From: a bacterium
GTDB taxonomy: Bacteria; Patescibacteriota; Patescibacteriia; 2-12-FULL-60-25
Reading direction: 5' to 3'
Assembly (NCBI GenBank): GCA_021796435.1
Contig: JAJYXM010000016.1
Location: 1,281,580 to 1,305,579 of the forward strand
Length of the DNA stretch: 24,000 bases
The position numbers and the translations under genes are program-made. A model generated the notes under the pieces. It did no database searches and was not told where the DNA came from. It worked only from the letters and a program-made list of their open reading frames with translations. Positions 23,504 through 24,000 of this stretch are shown here, piece by piece (positions within the stretch are counted from its first letter, which is position 1; each line of letters starts with the position of its first letter).

Positions 23504-23754
23504 AGGGCGACTTGAGTTTTGCCCTTAGGTGCTGGACGCGGATAGGTTTTTTTGTTATTCTTGGTCTACCGACCATTAGTATTAACCCGCATTGGATTTC
23601 GGCAGCATCGCATTCGGGTCGGATCTACTTAGTCCAATTTGTCTTGATTCGCAAAAATCAAATTTCCAGCAGTTCCGGAGCTAAAATTAGATAAAAGTCA
23701 GATCCCATCCTAATTTGGATCAATTCTGTCGTATCCTTGCGTCTAGTCATTCAT

Positions 23755-24000
23755 ATGATTTACGCATTGTTCGGACTAGCCATCGGAGCTTTGATCGGCT
23801 TCCTGGCAGCCAATTACCTGGCGTCCGAAAAAGCGCGCAAGATCAAACAACGGGTAGCCGACGCCGAGGCCGAAGCTAGCCGTCTAGTCAACCAAGCTCA
23901 GACCAAGGAACAAGAGATTCTGGTCAAGGCCAAAGACAAGGCCATCAAGATCCTTGAGGAAGCCCGTCTGGACGAGAAAAAGGGTGCCGAGGAACTGAAG
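23755..24000 (+). CDS. rny: ribonuclease Y, N-terminal 82 codons (continues past the window edge)
   Basis: Own translation: MIYALFGLAIGALIGFLAANYLASEKARKIKQRVADAEAEASRLVNQAQTKEQEILVKAKDKAIKILEEARLDEKKGAEELK. This is the single N-terminal TM helix plus A/E/K-rich coiled coil typical of RNase Y. It is absent from the ORF track because no stop lies in the window. Confidence 0.75.
   Translation, partial: MIYALFGLAIGALIGFLAANYLASEKARKIKQRVADAEAEASRLVNQAQTKEQEILVKAKDKAIKILEEARLDEKKGAEELK

Noticed and set aside
23512-23694. 60-aa ORF in the rny upstream region.
   Set aside because: It has a TTG start, no SD site or promoter, and a low-complexity hydrophobic or Ser-rich translation. It is more likely noncoding.
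1-24000. Alternative genetic code (UGA as a sense codon, as in some CPR lineages).
   Set aside because: TGA terminates tsaD, ddl, the HD gene, truB and others at family-typical C-termini, and all conserved proteins are full length under the standard code.
1-24000. CRISPR arrays, tRNA/rRNA genes, transposases, integrases and classic toxin-antitoxin pairs.
   Set aside because: I found no regularly spaced direct repeats, no T-arm (GGTTCGAATCC-type) or rRNA signatures, and no DDE, tyrosine- or serine-recombinase motifs in any frame I read.

Overview
This 24-kb window is mostly housekeeping genes from what looks like a small-genome bacterium. A Patescibacteria/CPR-like origin is my inference only. 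It rests on short IF-2 and TruB forms, an isolated pilB, near absence of Shine-Dalgarno (SD) sites on core genes, and REP-like hairpins of the kind common in such assemblies. The standard genetic code fits, because TGA is used as a stop.

Core genes, in order: ftsH, a polytopic membrane protein, a PilB/GspE-type ATPase, tsaE-tsaD (ATGA-overlapped), gdh, a two-gene operon of unknown function (507 aa + 78 aa), ddl, trxA-trxB, a rhamnose-nucleotide cluster, infB, truB, a cytochrome-b5-like lipoprotein, and the 5' end of rny. The rhamnose cluster reads rmlB, then an AT-rich CYTH gene, then an NRS/ER-like reductase fused to RmlA.

Six small cassettes sit between these genes: 232-429(-), 10566-11618(+, HD-domain), 17962-18279(+), 20504-20944(+, pentapeptide), 21091-21594(+) and 22888-23442(+). 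They differ by eye in codon usage: GC3-rich, with CTC/AAG/GAG/ATC preferred and ATA and AAA almost absent. Most carry near-consensus sigma70 promoters, and all six have clear SD sites. Core genes instead lack SD sites and often have a -10-like hexamer 6-9 nt from the ATG, which suggests leaderless mRNAs.

The best candidates for something undescribed are:
- the two-population architecture itself;
- the HD-domain cassette, with a perfect 20-bp palindrome in operator position and a related motif at its 3' flank;
- the divergent 507-aa coiled-coil/78-aa operon;
- the RmlC-less rhamnose cluster with an embedded CYTH gene and a 35-codon SDR relic uORF.

I saw no rRNA, tRNA, CRISPR array, transposase or integrase. 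All homology statements come from motif recognition by eye, with no database search. GC and codon statements are visual readings, not computed statistics.
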